A stretch of 56,492 nucleotides of DNA from Octopus bimaculoides (GCF_001194135.2 NC_068987.1:25520584-25577075); one strand, 5' to 3'; counted from the first letter of the stretch, positions 11,974 through 24,606 are shown. Numbers and translations are program-made. Notes: generated from the sequence alone by a model not told the origin.

Positions 11974-14403
11974 NNNNNNNNNNNNNNNNNNNNNNNNNNN
12001 NNNNNNNNNNNNNNNNNNNNNNNNNNNNNNNNNNNNNNNNNNNNNNNNNNNNNNNNNNNNNNNNNNNNNNNNNNNNNNNNNNNNNNNNNNNNNNNNNNNN
12101 NNNNNNNNNNNNNNNNNNNNNNNNNNNNNNNNNNNNNNNNNNNNNNNNNNNNNNNNNNNNNNNNNNNNNNNNNNNNNNNNNNNNNNNNNNNNNNNNNNNN
12201 NNNNNNNNNNNNNNNNNNNNNNNNNNNNNNNNNNNNNNNNNNNNNNNNNNNNNNNNNNNNNNNNNNNNNNNNNNNNNNNNNNNNNNNNNNNNNNNNNNNN
12301 NNNNNNNNNNNNNNNNNNNNNNNNNNNNNNNNNNNNNNNNNNNNNNNNNNNNNNNNNNNNNNNNNNNNNNNNNNNNNNNNNNNNNNNNNNNNNNNNNNNN
12401 NNNNNNNNNNNNNNNNNNNNNNNNNNNNNNNNNNNNNNNNNNNNNNNNNNNNNNNNNNNNNNNNNNNNNNNNNNNNNNNNNNNNNNNNCACACACACACA
12501 CACACACACACGCACACACATCTTCGTTATTAACGAGTGAAGCAGTATTGATTCAGAATAGCATTCAATATATCTTTCTTAACATGGATATAACTATGGA
12601 AAGTCACAAAACTGCAGTACTCGTCTCGAGAAAGCTTCTCGTATAGACGTATGGTGCTAAAAAGCACAGTAGTGTATTGGTAGCAGACGAAAAGTGTCCA
12701 GCAACAGTGGGGAAATTGCTAAATGGTGATTTCTTTGTCTTTGCACTTCTGTGTTTTGTAGCACTATTCAGCTATACGAGTAGTTCTCTCAAAGCAAACA
12801 CTGCAGTTTTGTGGCTTTCTATAATGTATCCACGTTAAGTCAGATGTACAGAGTGCTATTTAATTTATTTAGTTTGAGAAAAATCATAAATTTGACAAAT
12901 TTGTAAATATTCAACTTATTAAAGTTATTTTTGCTTTAACGCTTTCGAATTGCTTCAACTAGATTTCAAATGTGAACACTTAGGGAATTTTATTCGCTGC
13001 TAAGGGTCTTCCATCATTGGTTTAGAAGAGTGTTAAATATATGTGATTGAGAATGGATGATAGATGAGCTGTTATTTTATGTGTGATTGGAGTAGTTGGA
13101 TATATACGTGCGCAAGCGCTCGTTCAGGCGCGCACACACACATACATCTATACGATATTTAATAGGAGCCGATATAAATCCTACAATCCTATTCCTGGGT
13201 GCATTAGCAATATCCTTTTGTAATTATGTAAGTATTGCTTTGTTGATATAAATAAGTTGTCAGATGACTGTATTCATATTCGAACATAAATTACAGAACA
13301 TTATATCCCACTTCAAATAGACAGAATCATTTGCAGTTGTTATACCATCTCCTTACTTTTCAAGAACTTCATTCGATTCGCTATTCTGTTACCCAGTTCT
13401 TTTTAACTCGTCACTGAATACTGTTTAAATGCAGTTGCACATTAACGATAAAATGTAAACCGTTTTACAGTACGTATCTTCTTGATGACAAGCAGTATTC
13501 GCTTGCAATAAAATATTTATTTTCAAGATTACAAGTTGCATCACAAGTGATATATTTTGTTGAGATATTACGTGTTAAAAATTTAAAATGAAATACAAAA
13601 ATATGACAAAGAAAACGAAATACAAAATATGGCTGAGTAAACGAAATACTAAAATATGACAGGGAATATGCTGTGCTATTTAGCTGTTGAAGTATGAATC
13701 ATAAAGAATTGGTAGGACGGGATAAGAAAATGTGATATAATCCTTTTCAAAATCCTTTTGTTATTGACGACACTTATCTGCTGTTCTTTGGTGTTAATGG
13801 ATGACAGATAACAGCTGTGAACACCTGCGTAATTCCAGTAAAAGATAGTTGAAATTCAATGTGTTCAGCACTTGATACGCGAGATAAACCTATCTTCTCA
13901 CTTAAGCAGATTATTGATAATTCTTTCTACTTTAGGTAGAGAGAATTGCTCTGCGACAGATTAATTCTCTAAACGAACTGTTGTACGTTTAAGACGTATA
14001 ATTAATTGCATAGAATTAAAGAGGAGGAAAAGAAAGAACTAAAACTGCTTACGTAAAGATTTAAGAACACAGCATTGTTTCAGAAATATAAAACGATAGG
14101 ACAGAAGGAATAATTCTAAAATTCATCATATATTATATATGATTGTTTTCAGGTGTGACTGCGGTTTTCTCATTCAATGTTGGTATTTTACAGCAGGGCA
14201 GGTGTTAATTTAGTTTTAGGCGAAACCTTTTTCTCCCCAAAGCACTCTAATCATGACCTACTTTTTCATATGAGGTTTGGCTGTCTTTTGACTTTGTTAT
14301 GTTTGTTGTTGTTGATGATTATGATGGTTAGTCTCAAATCAGCTTTGACCTAATTAGACATTCCATCCATGACCTTCCAGACTTTTCTGTCTCATACATA
14401 GAT

Positions 14404-14788
14404 GTTGTTGTTGGCACTCCGTCGCTTACGACGTCGAGGGTTCCAGTTGATCCGATCAACGGAACAGCCTGCTCGTGAAATTAACGTGCAAGTGGCTGAG
14501 CACTCCACAGACACGTGTACCCTTAACGTAGTTCTCGGGGATATTCAGCGTGACACAGTGTAACAAGGCTGACCCTTTGAATTACAGGCACAACAGAAAC
14601 AGGAAGTAAGAGTGAGAGAAAATTGTGGTGGAAGAGTACAGCATGGTTCGCCACCATCCCCTGCCAGAGCCTCGTGGAGCTTTAGGTGTTTTCGCTCAAT
14701 AAACACTCACAACGCCCGGTCTGGGAATCGAAACCGCGATCCTATGACCGCGAGTCCGCTGCCCTAACCAATGGGCCATTGCGCCTCC
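14404..14788 (-). mobile_element. tRNA-derived SINE family 3, full length with 11-bp TSD
   Basis: tRNA-like head GGAGGCGCAATGGCCCATTGGTTAGGGC...GGTTTCGATTCC (A/B boxes) and an (AAC)n tail. TSD TCATACATAGA at 14392-14402 and 14793-14803. Confidence 0.9.
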
Positions 14789-15979
14789 GCCTTCATACAT
14801 AGAATCACATTATTAAATGTGTTCTTTTTTAAAACGACAAAATGTGATATAAAGGAGGCATTGGCTATCATTTCTAGCCGTCCATGCAACGACTTAAAGT
14901 CTTCCTAATTAACTAAACGTCGCCTCGTTGACTTGACTAAATTTTGGTGCACTTGCTAATTTTAGCGGCCCGATAGATATATATAACTTCAATTAAAAAA
15001 CTAACCTATGGTATTGTTACTTTTAATTATGGTACTGTTGGTTATATTACTGTTAATTAATTCGAAACTAACATGTGAGCTAAAAAATGTTAATTACAAA
15101 TGCATCCCTAGTGAAGTTAAATGTAGACATTTAATGCGAAGTGAGTCCGATCTTTGGCAAGTCTGGGAGTAAACCGCCACATAATTCGGTCTTTGTTAGA
15201 CCTCCTCTTCGAGTATTGGTCTTTTATTTTACTTAATAGGTTTTATATAACTGAGAAATATATAGTGTTTAAGTAAACAAACACTCAGCGCTATGATAGA
15301 TTAAAAGACTGACTAGGAGAAATCTCGCAAAGGTACATTCTGTATAGACATGAGTTGTATAAACAACGTACGCCCCTCAGTCATAATATTATTGTGAGTT
15401 TCATTACTAACCATAAAACTAATAGATTTATAACTTAGCTTTGTTTCTGTTAGCTATGTAACTGTTGACTATATTACTATTAACTCTGTAGTTAGCTTAT
15501 GTGTTTGTTATTTTTTTTATATCAGTGCTGATAGCTGTATTGCTGTTGGTTATGTAACTTCCTTTTCTTTTTAGAGAGAGCGAGAGAGAGAGAGTGAGGA
15601 GGGAAAGAGAGCTGAAACTAATAGATTTGATCGGGTGTCAGTCAATAAATCAATCAATAGTTCGTAGTCTCCGTCGATCTAGCTTCTAGCTCCAAATATG
15701 CACCTTGGATAAATACTATAGTTAAAGGAAATAACATGTAATTCATGAGTGTTTCACTTCGTAATTGAGTTCAAATACTCTTGTGGAGAGGCAATATTTC
15801 GTATAGTATGAGAACCATCAGGTTAAGATAGCACGATAAACGCCCCATGAAGACAAAATATTTGGTGGTGCCCGGGTCACATTCTAAACAACCAGATGTT
15901 CTGTTCTAGTAATTCGTAATTTGACTTAGTAGTACAAAATTGAAGTCAGTTCTCTTCCTAAAAGAACTATCACGATATT

Positions 15980-16350
15980 TTTTTTACCTTTTATCTTTTA
16001 CTTGTTTCAGTCATTTGACTGCGGCCATGCTGGGGCACCATCTTGAAGAATTTTCAGTCGAATGCATCGACCTCAGTACATTTTTTTTAAAGTCTGGTAC
16101 TTATTCTATCGGTATTTTGTCGAAGGGCTAAGTTACGGGGATTTAAACACACCAGCACCTGTTGTCAAGCGGTGGGAGGGGACAAACACACACACATGGA
16201 CAGGCTACTTTCAATTTCCGTCAACCGAATCCACTTACAAGGCTTTGGTCAGCCTGAGGCTATAGTAGAAGATACTTGCCCAAGGTGTCACACAGTAGGA
16301 CTGAATCCGGAACCATGCGGTTGAGGAGCAAGCTTCTTACCACACAGCCA
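15980..16350 (-). mobile_element. SINE family 1
   Basis: Tail CTTGTTTCAGTCATTTGACTGCGGCCATGCTGG through head CTTCTTACCACACAGCCA. Confidence 0.9.
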
Positions 16351-16367
16351 CATTTATTCTATTTGAT

Positions 16368-16790
16368 GGTTGTGTGGTTAAGAAGTTCGCTTTACAACTA
16401 CATAGTTCTGAGTTCTGTCCCACTGCGTGGCACTACTATAACCGCGAGCTGACCAAACCCTTGTTTGTGAATTTTGTTGGCGGAAACTGTGTGGAAGCTT
16501 GTGCAATATATGTGTTTGCGTGTGTATGTATGTGTGTTTGTTCCCCTTCCACTGCTTGACAACCATTGTTGGTTTGTTTACGCCCTCCATAATTGAATAC
16601 TTCGGGTGGGGAAAAAAACCCCCAACAGAATGAGTACCAGACTTTTAAAAAAAAGAAGAAAAAAAATACGAAAAATGAGTACTGAGATCAATTTATTCAA
16701 CTAAAAGCCCTTAAAGGTGGTGCCCCATTTGGCTGCAATCCTATAATTGATAAAAGAATAAAAAATAAAAGAATAAGAAATAAAAGAATA
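16368..16790 (+). mobile_element. SINE family 1, diverged, head-to-head with the previous copy
   Basis: Head GGTTGTGTGGTTAAGAAGTTCGCT...CCCACTGCGTGGCAC, body CTGCTTGACAACC, and an A-rich (AAAAGAAT) tail. Confidence 0.8.
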
Positions 16791-17689
16791 AACACGGCAT
16801 GTGATTTGGACTCGGGGGCGGGCAATTATTTCTTTGTTTAGTGGCATACTCAAAAGAGGAAGGGCACCACTTATGACCCTTTTCGGGGTTTCTGATACTG
16901 GTGGGAAGAAAGAAAGAAACAAACAAAGACAGACAGAAGTTCTGTTCGGACCAGAGACCAAAGCACCAAGTGGTAGTATTAAAATGGGGGATAGGCTGAG
17001 TTGTAATAAGAAGGGAGGAGAAACACAAAGGGTGATAAATCGACAATCCATTACTGGAATGTCAGTGTGACCTAAAGAAAATGTTGTACTTCAATGGCGG
17101 CCAGAGAATTTATTAATTTACTGATTGATCTTAAGATTGATCTCTTAAGATCTCAACATATCGAACTATTAATTAATCGCCTCTCACATGTTTTGCGCAT
17201 GAAGTAAAACTACCATAATATGTGTGTGTGTGTGTGTGTGTGTGTTTGTGTATGTGGCTGTTAACGAGCGTGTACGTATGTGTTTATATATATGTGTGCG
17301 TATATACACGTGTGTTATGGGATGTCTGAGTAGAAAAGGCGAGAGAAAACGCACTCAATACATGTAATAGAGTATATCTTTTCGAAATTGTTGTACCACT
17401 CTGTCATTACACTGCAGAAATTCTTAATGTATAGTGAGACTAACGTTGGCATCTCTCTCTGTTACACACATACACACACACATAGAGTTCACATCGAAGT
17501 CAATTGTGTGAGGATTCTGGTCTGAGATTAAAGATTTCTAGCCCGTAGTAATGTAGAAAATATTAAGTGTTTGGCCCAGAATCATGAAGAAACATTATCA
17601 GATGATTTGAACTAATGGCTCATTAGCATTTCGAGAACTTTTCCATCTTTCCCAGCATCTCTTTCTCCCCCTCCCCCTCTCTCTGCATA

Positions 17690-17729
<40 letters not shown>

Positions 17730-18238
17730 TATGTGTGTGTGTATTTGTGGGTAACTAACTGTCTTCCTCACCTGTCATCATGCTTTTCGCCAGATTAACT
17801 AAGGAAGTTAGCGTCAGCGGTTTGATGTCCTATTCTGTGAAACCTGTTTTCTCTCTTTCGTGTAATGCCAAGTAACCAGGTGTCCAAGCGCCAACAAATG
17901 ATTCTCTACGTGAACAAGCAAGCGAATTTCTATGTAGCCAGTCAGCATGCGAGAAACAGCAACCAAATTACATATTACCTTCTTTAAAAAAAACATTATC
18001 TCATTGCATAATGTTGTCCTAGAATGCGCTGTATTTATGTCCTTGTTTGAATGCATATTATTATAGATCAATCAGAGCCAATCTAGAATCAAACAATAAT
18101 AACTGCAACAATTTTCAGACTTACTGACCAACGGGGAAGCCTCTAGGTAGTCGCTCGACCTGGTAGAAGTAGCAACTAAATTTACTTCAAATCACATCCT
18201 ACAATTTTAGATTAAGAAAAGACACATTAGACTTCGTG

Positions 18239-18422
18239 AAGGTGCGGGGCTTAATGGTTAGTCTGTTAGACGCATGTTCGTAAGATTGAGGATTTGATTC
18301 CTGGACCGAGCGTTGCGATGAGTTCTTGAGCAAAACACTTCATTTCATGTTGCTCCAGTCCACTCAACTGGCAAAAATTGGTAATCTTGCGATGGACCGA
18401 CGTCCAGTCCGGGTGGGGGTGG
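18239..18422 (+). mobile_element. SINE family 4b, diverged
   Basis: GTTCTTGAGCAAAACACTTCATTTCATGTTGCTCCAGTCCACTC...TGCGATGGACCGACGTCCAGTCCGGG. Confidence 0.7.
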
Positions 18423-18479
18423 GGGAAATATATACGCCTCTGAAGACGAGAAACAGGCCTTACGAATTTATATGACTTG

Positions 18480-18607
18480 GTCAGAAGCTTTATGCGTGTG
18501 TGTGTGTGTGTGTTTCTGTCTGTGTTTGCCTCCCCCCACGACCACGACCACTACCATCGCTTCACACCCGACATTGACGGTTCGGTAAAGAGACCGATAG
18601 AATAAGT
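18480..18607 (+). mobile_element. SINE family 1 internal fragment running into gap
   Basis: (GT)n then TCTGTGTTTGCCTCCCCCC...CGGTTCGGTAAAGAGACCGATAGAATAAGT. Confidence 0.7.
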
Positions 18608-19043
18608 NNNNNNNNNNNNNNNNNNNNNNNNNNNNNNNNNNNNNNNNNNNNNNNNNNNNNNNNNNNNNNNNNNNNNNNNNNNNNNNNNNNNNNNNNNNNN
18701 NNNNNNNNNNNNNNNNNNNNNNNNNNNNNNNNNNNNNNNNNNNNNNNNNNNNNNNNNNNNNNNNNNNNNNNNNNNNNNNNNNNNNNNNNNNNNNNNNNNN
18801 NNNNNNNNNNNNNNNNNNNNNNNNNNNNNNNNNNNNNNNNNNNNNNNNNNNNNNNNNNNNNNNNNNNNNNNNNNNNNNNNNNNNNNNNNNNNNNNNNNNN
18901 NNNNNNNNNNNNNNNNNNNNNNNNNNNNNNNNNNNNNNNNNNNNNNNNNNNNNNNNNNNNNNNNNNNNNNNNNCTAATAATAATAATAATAATAATAATT
19001 ATTATTATTATTATTGTTATTATTGTTATTATTATTATTATTA

Positions 19044-19276
19044 AGGCAGCAAGCTGGCAGAATCGTTAGCACGCCGGGCGAAATGCTTAGCGGTATTTCG
19101 TCTGCCACTGCGTTCTGAGTTCAAATTCCGCCGAGGTCGACATTGCCTTTCATCCTTTCGGGGTCGATAAATTAAGTACCAGTTACGCACTGGGGTCGAT
19201 ATAATCGACTTAATCCGTTTGTCTATCCTTGTTTGTCCCCTCTGTGTGTAGCCCCTTGTGGGCAGTAAAGAAATAG
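19044..19276 (+). mobile_element. tRNA-derived SINE family 2a (Meta/Sauria-type central domain)
   Basis: A box GGCAGAATCGTTAGC, B box GAGTTCAAATTCC, central GTCGACATTGCCTTTCATCCTTTCGGGGTCGATAAATTAAGTACCAG, tail CCCCTTGTGGGCAGTAAAGAAATAG. The domain name is from recall. Confidence 0.85.
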
Positions 19277-19445
19277 GTATTTCGTCTGCCTCTACGTTCA
19301 AATTCCACCGTGGTCGACTTTGTTTTTCATCCTTTCGGGGTTGATTGAATAAGTACCAGTTACGCACTGGGGTCGACGTAATCGACGTAATTCCCACACC
19401 CCTCAAGGTATCCTTGTGGCAAAAACTTGGAATCATTATTATCAT
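19277..19445 (+). mobile_element. SINE family 2b, 5'-truncated, fused to the tail of the 2a copy
   Basis: Starts mid-head (GTATTTCGTCTGCC) with the same central domain and a different tail ending in (ATT)n. Confidence 0.8.
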
Positions 19446-20524
19446 TATTATTATTGAAGAAGAAGCAGAAGAAGAAAAACTAACCGCTAAAATCGATGCA
19501 GCAGTAATCTTTATTGTTTGAAATCGTTGTGCCAGCCTTTCCCATCCCTTCGACCGCAAGACTGCCGTTGCTGCTGTTGTTGATGTTGTTGTTGTTGTTG
19601 TTGCTCTTTATTTGACGTTGTTTAATAAAATACAGAAAGGAACCATTGAATACTGACTGAGTCAATAGCGAACACATTCCTCCGCTACCGGTATTAGGAT
19701 TATTTAAGTTCAACCGATTACATACTACGGAACGATCAAGTACAACGTGCTGCTTTATTCGATATTTTGTCGTTCTTTTATTTTTATTTGTAGATTAAAG
19801 GTTGGATGTTACCGTGAAGGTGGCGAAGGAAGGAAGGAAGGCATAAAGGGAGGAAGGTTAGGGTAGGAAGAATACGGTAGAAAATAGCGAAGTAAATGGG
19901 TTGTGGGGATATGCAAAAGGTTGGAGAGAAGGGAAGACGAAAGCCTGACCTTTTTGCAGAAATCATCACCACCGCCACTATCACCACCATTATTATTATT
20001 ATCATCATCATCATCATCATCATTATTATTATTATTATTTCTTGCATTTGATTTTTAATTTTCTTTAATTTTTTGTATTTGAATCTTTTTCTATCATAGA
20101 TTTTTTTTTTCTGTTTACCTCCATCATACCCGTCTCTCTTTACTCTCCGCTTTCTCAACTATCACCACACACACACACACACACACACACNNNNNNNNNN
20201 NNNNNNNNNNNNNNNNNNNNNNNNNNNNNNNNNNNNNNNNNNNNNNNNNNNNNNNNNNNNNNNNNNNNNNNNNNNNNNNNNNNNNNNNNNNNNNNNNNNN
20301 NNNNNNNNNNNNNNNNNNNNNNNNNNNNNNNNNNNNNNNNNNNNNNNNNNNNNNNNNNNNNNNNNNNNNNNNNNNNNNNNNNNNNNNNNNNNNNNNNNNN
20401 NNNNNNNNNNNNNNNNNNNNNNNNNNNNNNNNNNNNNNNNNNNNNNNNNNNNNNNNNNNNNNNNNNNNNNNNNNNNNNNNNNNNNNNNNNNNNNNNNNNN
20501 NNNNNNNNNNNNNNNNNNNNNNNN

Positions 20525-20863
20525 TTTAGTCGAGCAAATCGACCCCAGGACTTATTCTTTGTAAGCCTAGTACTTATTCTATCAGTCTCTTTTGCCGGAC
20601 CGCTAAATTACGGGGACGTAAACACACCACCATCGGTTGTCAAGCGATGTTGGAGGCGGGGACAAACACAGACACACAAACACATACACACATATACATA
20701 TACATATATACGACAGGCTTCTTTCGGTTTCCGTCTACCAAATCCACTCACAAGGCTTTGGTAGGCCCGAGGCTATAGTAGAAGACACTTGCCCAGAGTG
20801 CCACGCAGTGGGACTGAACCCGGAACCATGTGGTTGCTAAGCAAGCTACTTACCACACAGCCA
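20525..20863 (-). mobile_element. SINE family 1, well-preserved copy
   Basis: Minus-strand head TGGCTGTGTGGTAAGTAGCTTGCT...GGTTCCGGGTTCAGTCCCACTGCGTGGCAC (A/B boxes) followed by a CORE-like CTGGGCAAGTGTCTTCTAC. Confidence 0.9.
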
Positions 20864-20979
20864 TAACGTCCCTTACTCGCCTTAAATATTCATTTAAAAT
20901 CACTTAAAAACGTAATTGATTTGATGGCGGTGAGTAAAAAAGAAAGAATGATTTTTATATAAATTTTATGGAGATTTAT

Positions 20980-21190
20980 GCTGTTATTGTTTAGTCCCAG
21001 GTTCAGCCTAATCCAGAAGGCCTGAGTTCAAAGATATCTTATCCATTACTAACCATCCCACCCCCTCTATTTGCAATGATCCCAATACTACGTTGTCTAA
21101 TTTATCATTTTGTGTCATTTTCTGAGAGGCTAAGGTGTAATTTGAGAAGTCTTGGCTGCTAATCCTAGCAGCTGTAGCATCCACCTAGAG
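20980..21190 (-). mobile_element. Old retroposon family 5
   Basis: GTTATTGTTTAGTCCCAGGTTCAGCC...AAGGTGTAATTTGAGAAGTCTTGGCTGCTAATCCTAGCAG. Confidence 0.5.
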
Positions 21191-21671
21191 GGTTAATCGT
21201 TTGTTATAGAAGTAGTTTTGGTGGTGGTTGTTGTGGTTGTGGGGTCTATGTCGCAAATCGTACCAGTAGTGATGGTGAAGGACGAGTAATAGGCGGTTGT
21301 TGGTAGAAGAGTGTTCGCCATGTTTATTTGGTTGTATAAATACACATTACAATTTGTATGAAGAATGGCGGCGTTACATGACAGTGCAATAATGTTTGAG
21401 TTATCCTGAATACCTTTGTTGTTGTTGTTGATGTATAAAGCAGTTCTGATCAAGTAGGCTCTTCATGAAAAGTGCTCCAAACATGACCACCTCTTTTGTA
21501 ATAGATATTTTTTTTAGACAATGTATCTAAGGGTATATAAAACTAAGCGTCGTTCATATATTTTAAAGGCATTAGCGTGTGAGTTGAGGGATATTTTGCT
21601 GCTATTTCTTGTTGCTGCATCAGTTTTAGTAGTGCGTTCTTTCTTTCTTTCTTTCTTTCTTTCATCTTATA

Positions 21672-21885
21672 GTAATAATCCTTTTTACTATAGGCGCAAG
21701 GCCTGAAATTTTGGGGGAAGGGGCCAGTCTTTTAGATCGACTCCAGTACGCACTTGGTACTTAATTTATCGCCCTCAAAGGATGAAAGGCAAAGTCGACC
21801 TCGGCGGAATTTGAACTCAGAACGTAAAGACGGACGAAATGTCGCTAAGCATTTCGCCCGTCGTGCTAACGATTCTGCCAGCTTA
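21672..21885 (-). mobile_element. SINE family 2b
   Basis: AAAGGATGAAAGGCAAAGTCGACCTCGGCGGAATTTGAACTCAGAAC...GCTAACGATTCTGCCAGC, tail AATAATCCTTTTTACTATAGGCGCAAGGCCTGAAATTTTGGGGG. Confidence 0.85.
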
Positions 21886-21944
21886 ATAATAATTATTGTA
21901 GATCTAGTAACCAACTAAAGGATCTACCAGTCATTGGCTTGCTA

Positions 21945-22785
21945 TTATTATTCTTTTCTACTCTAGACACAATGCCCGAAATTTTTGGGGAAGGGGGCCA
22001 GTCGATTAGATTGAACCCAGTACGCAACTGGTGCTTAATTTATAGACCCCGAAATGATGGAAGGCGAAGTCGACCTCGGCCCAATTGGAACTCAGAACGT
22101 AAAGACAGACGAAATACCGCTAAACATTTCGCCCGGCGTGCTAACATTTCTTATTTCTTTATTGCCCACAAGGGGCTAAACACAGAGGGGACAAACAAGG
22201 ACAGACAAACAAGGACAGACAAACAGATTAAGTCGATTATATCGATCCCAGTGCGTAACTGGTACTTATTTAATCGACCTCGAAAGGATGNNNNNNNNNN
22301 NNNNNNNNNNNNNNNNNNNNNNNNNNNNNNNNNNNNNNNNNNNNNNNNNNNNNNNNNNNNNNNNNNNNNNNNNNNNNNNNNNNNNNNNNNNNNNNNNNNN
22401 NNNNNNNNNNNNNNNNNNNNNNNNNNNNNNNNNNNNNNNNNNNNNNNNNNNNNNNNNNNNNNNNNNNNNNNNNNNNNNNNNNNNNNNNNNNNNCTCAGAA
22501 CGTAAAGACAGACGAAATACCGCTAAACATTTCGCCCGGCGTGCTAACATTTCTTATTTCTTTATTGCCCACAAGGGGCTAAACACAGAGGGGACAAACA
22601 AGGACAGACAAACAGATTAAGTCGATTATATCGATCCCAGTGCGTAACTGGTACTTATTTAATCGACCTCGAAAGGATGAAAGCAAAGTCGACCTCGGCG
22701 GAATTGGAACTCAAAACGTAAAGACAGACGAAATACCGCTAAGCATTTCGCCCGGCGTGCTAGCGTTTCTGCCAGCTCACCGCTT
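21945..22785 (-). mobile_element. Head-to-tail cluster of SINE family 2 (one 2b plus one or two 2a), spanning a gap
   Basis: 2b 21945-22146, 2a from 22147 to the gap, 2a 22494-22785. Sequence 22091-22290 is nearly repeated after the gap. Confidence 0.8.
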
Positions 22786-23432
22786 TGGCTCGCTATTTTT
22801 ATCGTCGCTGTTGTGTTAGTGCTGTTGCTCTTTGTTATTGTTCTTTTTATTGGTTCGGTATTTGTTATAATTTCTGTGTTTGTTATTATATACTGAGTTA
22901 ATCTTTGTTCATGTTCATAGGACAAATTGTTTCGTTAGGATCAATGGCGTGGGCCAGAGTCTCTCTTCATTGATCTTATGTAGTCTCAAGTTCATGGATA
23001 ACTTCCTCGTTTCCTCCCTCCCTCCTTCCCTCTCTTCCTTCGTCCCGTCCTTCCTTCGTCCCGTCCTTCCTTCCTTTCTTCCTTTCTTTCTTTCCCCGCT
23101 TTCTCCCTTTAGTCATTCAAGAACTGGAAAAAGGGTCAAAGATGCTGCTCTTCTCACTAAAATTTCCCCTTCCTGCACTTTTTATCATACTCTGCATTCT
23201 TACTCTTTCGCTCTTTTTCTCCCTTCCACCTTTCTCTCACTTTCTCTCTCTCACTCTCTCGCTCGCTCTTTCTCTCTCTTTATGTCTCTCTTTGTCTTTC
23301 TCTTTTTCTCCTTTCTCTGTGCATTTTCTCTCTACCTGCTTTCTATCTCTCATTTTCTTCTCGCCATTTTTCTCTCTACGCCATTAATACCTTTTCTCTC
23401 TCCTTTATTTTCTAACTTCTCTCTCTTTCTCA

Positions 23433-23497
<65 letters not shown>
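23433..23497. repeat. (TATC)n microsatellite, preceded by a pyrimidine-rich tract of about 420 bp
   Basis: Direct reading. Confidence 0.95.
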
Positions 23498-23498
<1 letters not shown>

Positions 23499-24573
23499 GT
23501 GTCTGACACACTCAAATTCCTTTTTTGCGTGTATTTGTATTCGTGTGTGTGTGTGTGTATTTTTCTTGTGAATCGGGGAAAATTCTGAGCAACATCGAGA
23601 AAACCGATAAAATAGTGTTTTTCCGAGTTACATAGACATTCCTTTATTATTCTGACCATCGTAAATGAAATAAAACAATAATTGGTCCATTAGAAACCTA
23701 TAACTAACGACGTAATTGTTCGCAAAATGCAATGTAAAATAAAATATCATAAAACAGAAATATAGACAATTTACAGACAAGCAACTGAACAAAGAGACAG
23801 ACTGGTAAATAGACAGAAGAAGAAATAGACACATAGACAGCGAAAGACAGACAGGCAGGCAGACAGACAGATAGACAGACAGACAGACAGACTGACTGAC
23901 AAACATACAATGTGCATAGCAAAGAATCAAAAAAACATATCTAGATCGATTCTTATTCAAGCAAAACAAAGCCAGTCATGTGTGGATTGATGTAGAGACA
24001 GACTGTTGTGACAATGTTGCTCAATGATCAATTATTCAAACTATGTGCGTTGCCTAGAAAAATATCTTATCCTTATCCCTCTCTCCCACTATAAAATGCT
24101 AAACCCAGGACAAATGAATGCATTATAAACAATGCTGATACGTATTTTCCGGTGTGTATATTGTTAATTCATGTAATACATTTAACATCATTGTTAATTC
24201 TGAATTTTAAGTCTTTTTGGTGTATGGATTTCTATGAAGTATTATTTTTTGCAATGGCCGACATAACAGCATTTAGAAATGCTTCACATCCCACCAGCAT
24301 TACATATCTTCGTGTTGATGTGATATTATTAATAGCTGTACTGGTGGCAGTCTTCTTATTTCTTTCTGTTGGTGATTGTGATAGTGGTGGTAGTTTGTAT
24401 TGGTGAGGATAATCGTATGCGTGGTCATAGCAGTAGTAGTAATTGTGGTGGTAGTTGTATTATCTGGTTATAGTAGAGGCAGTAGTGGTTCTGGTAACTG
24501 TATATATAGTAGGATTTGCATTGTTGTAGTTTCACTTTTTGTCAGCTGTAGTGTATCCAAGACTCCACTATCC

Positions 24574-24606
<33 letters not shown>

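Noticed and set aside
13921-14205. Candidate splice acceptors (CTTTCTACTTTAG, GTTTTCAG) suggesting small exons
   Set aside because: Donors are weak, in-frame stops occur and no recognisable peptide results. Needs RNA-seq.
14404-14788. SINE heads as true tRNA genes
   Set aside because: They have A/B boxes but run into SINE bodies without a complete cloverleaf and acceptor stem.
15575-15720. GA-repeat plus TCAGTC initiator-like motif as a promoter
   Set aside because: Motifs are too short and common, and no downstream gene is identifiable.
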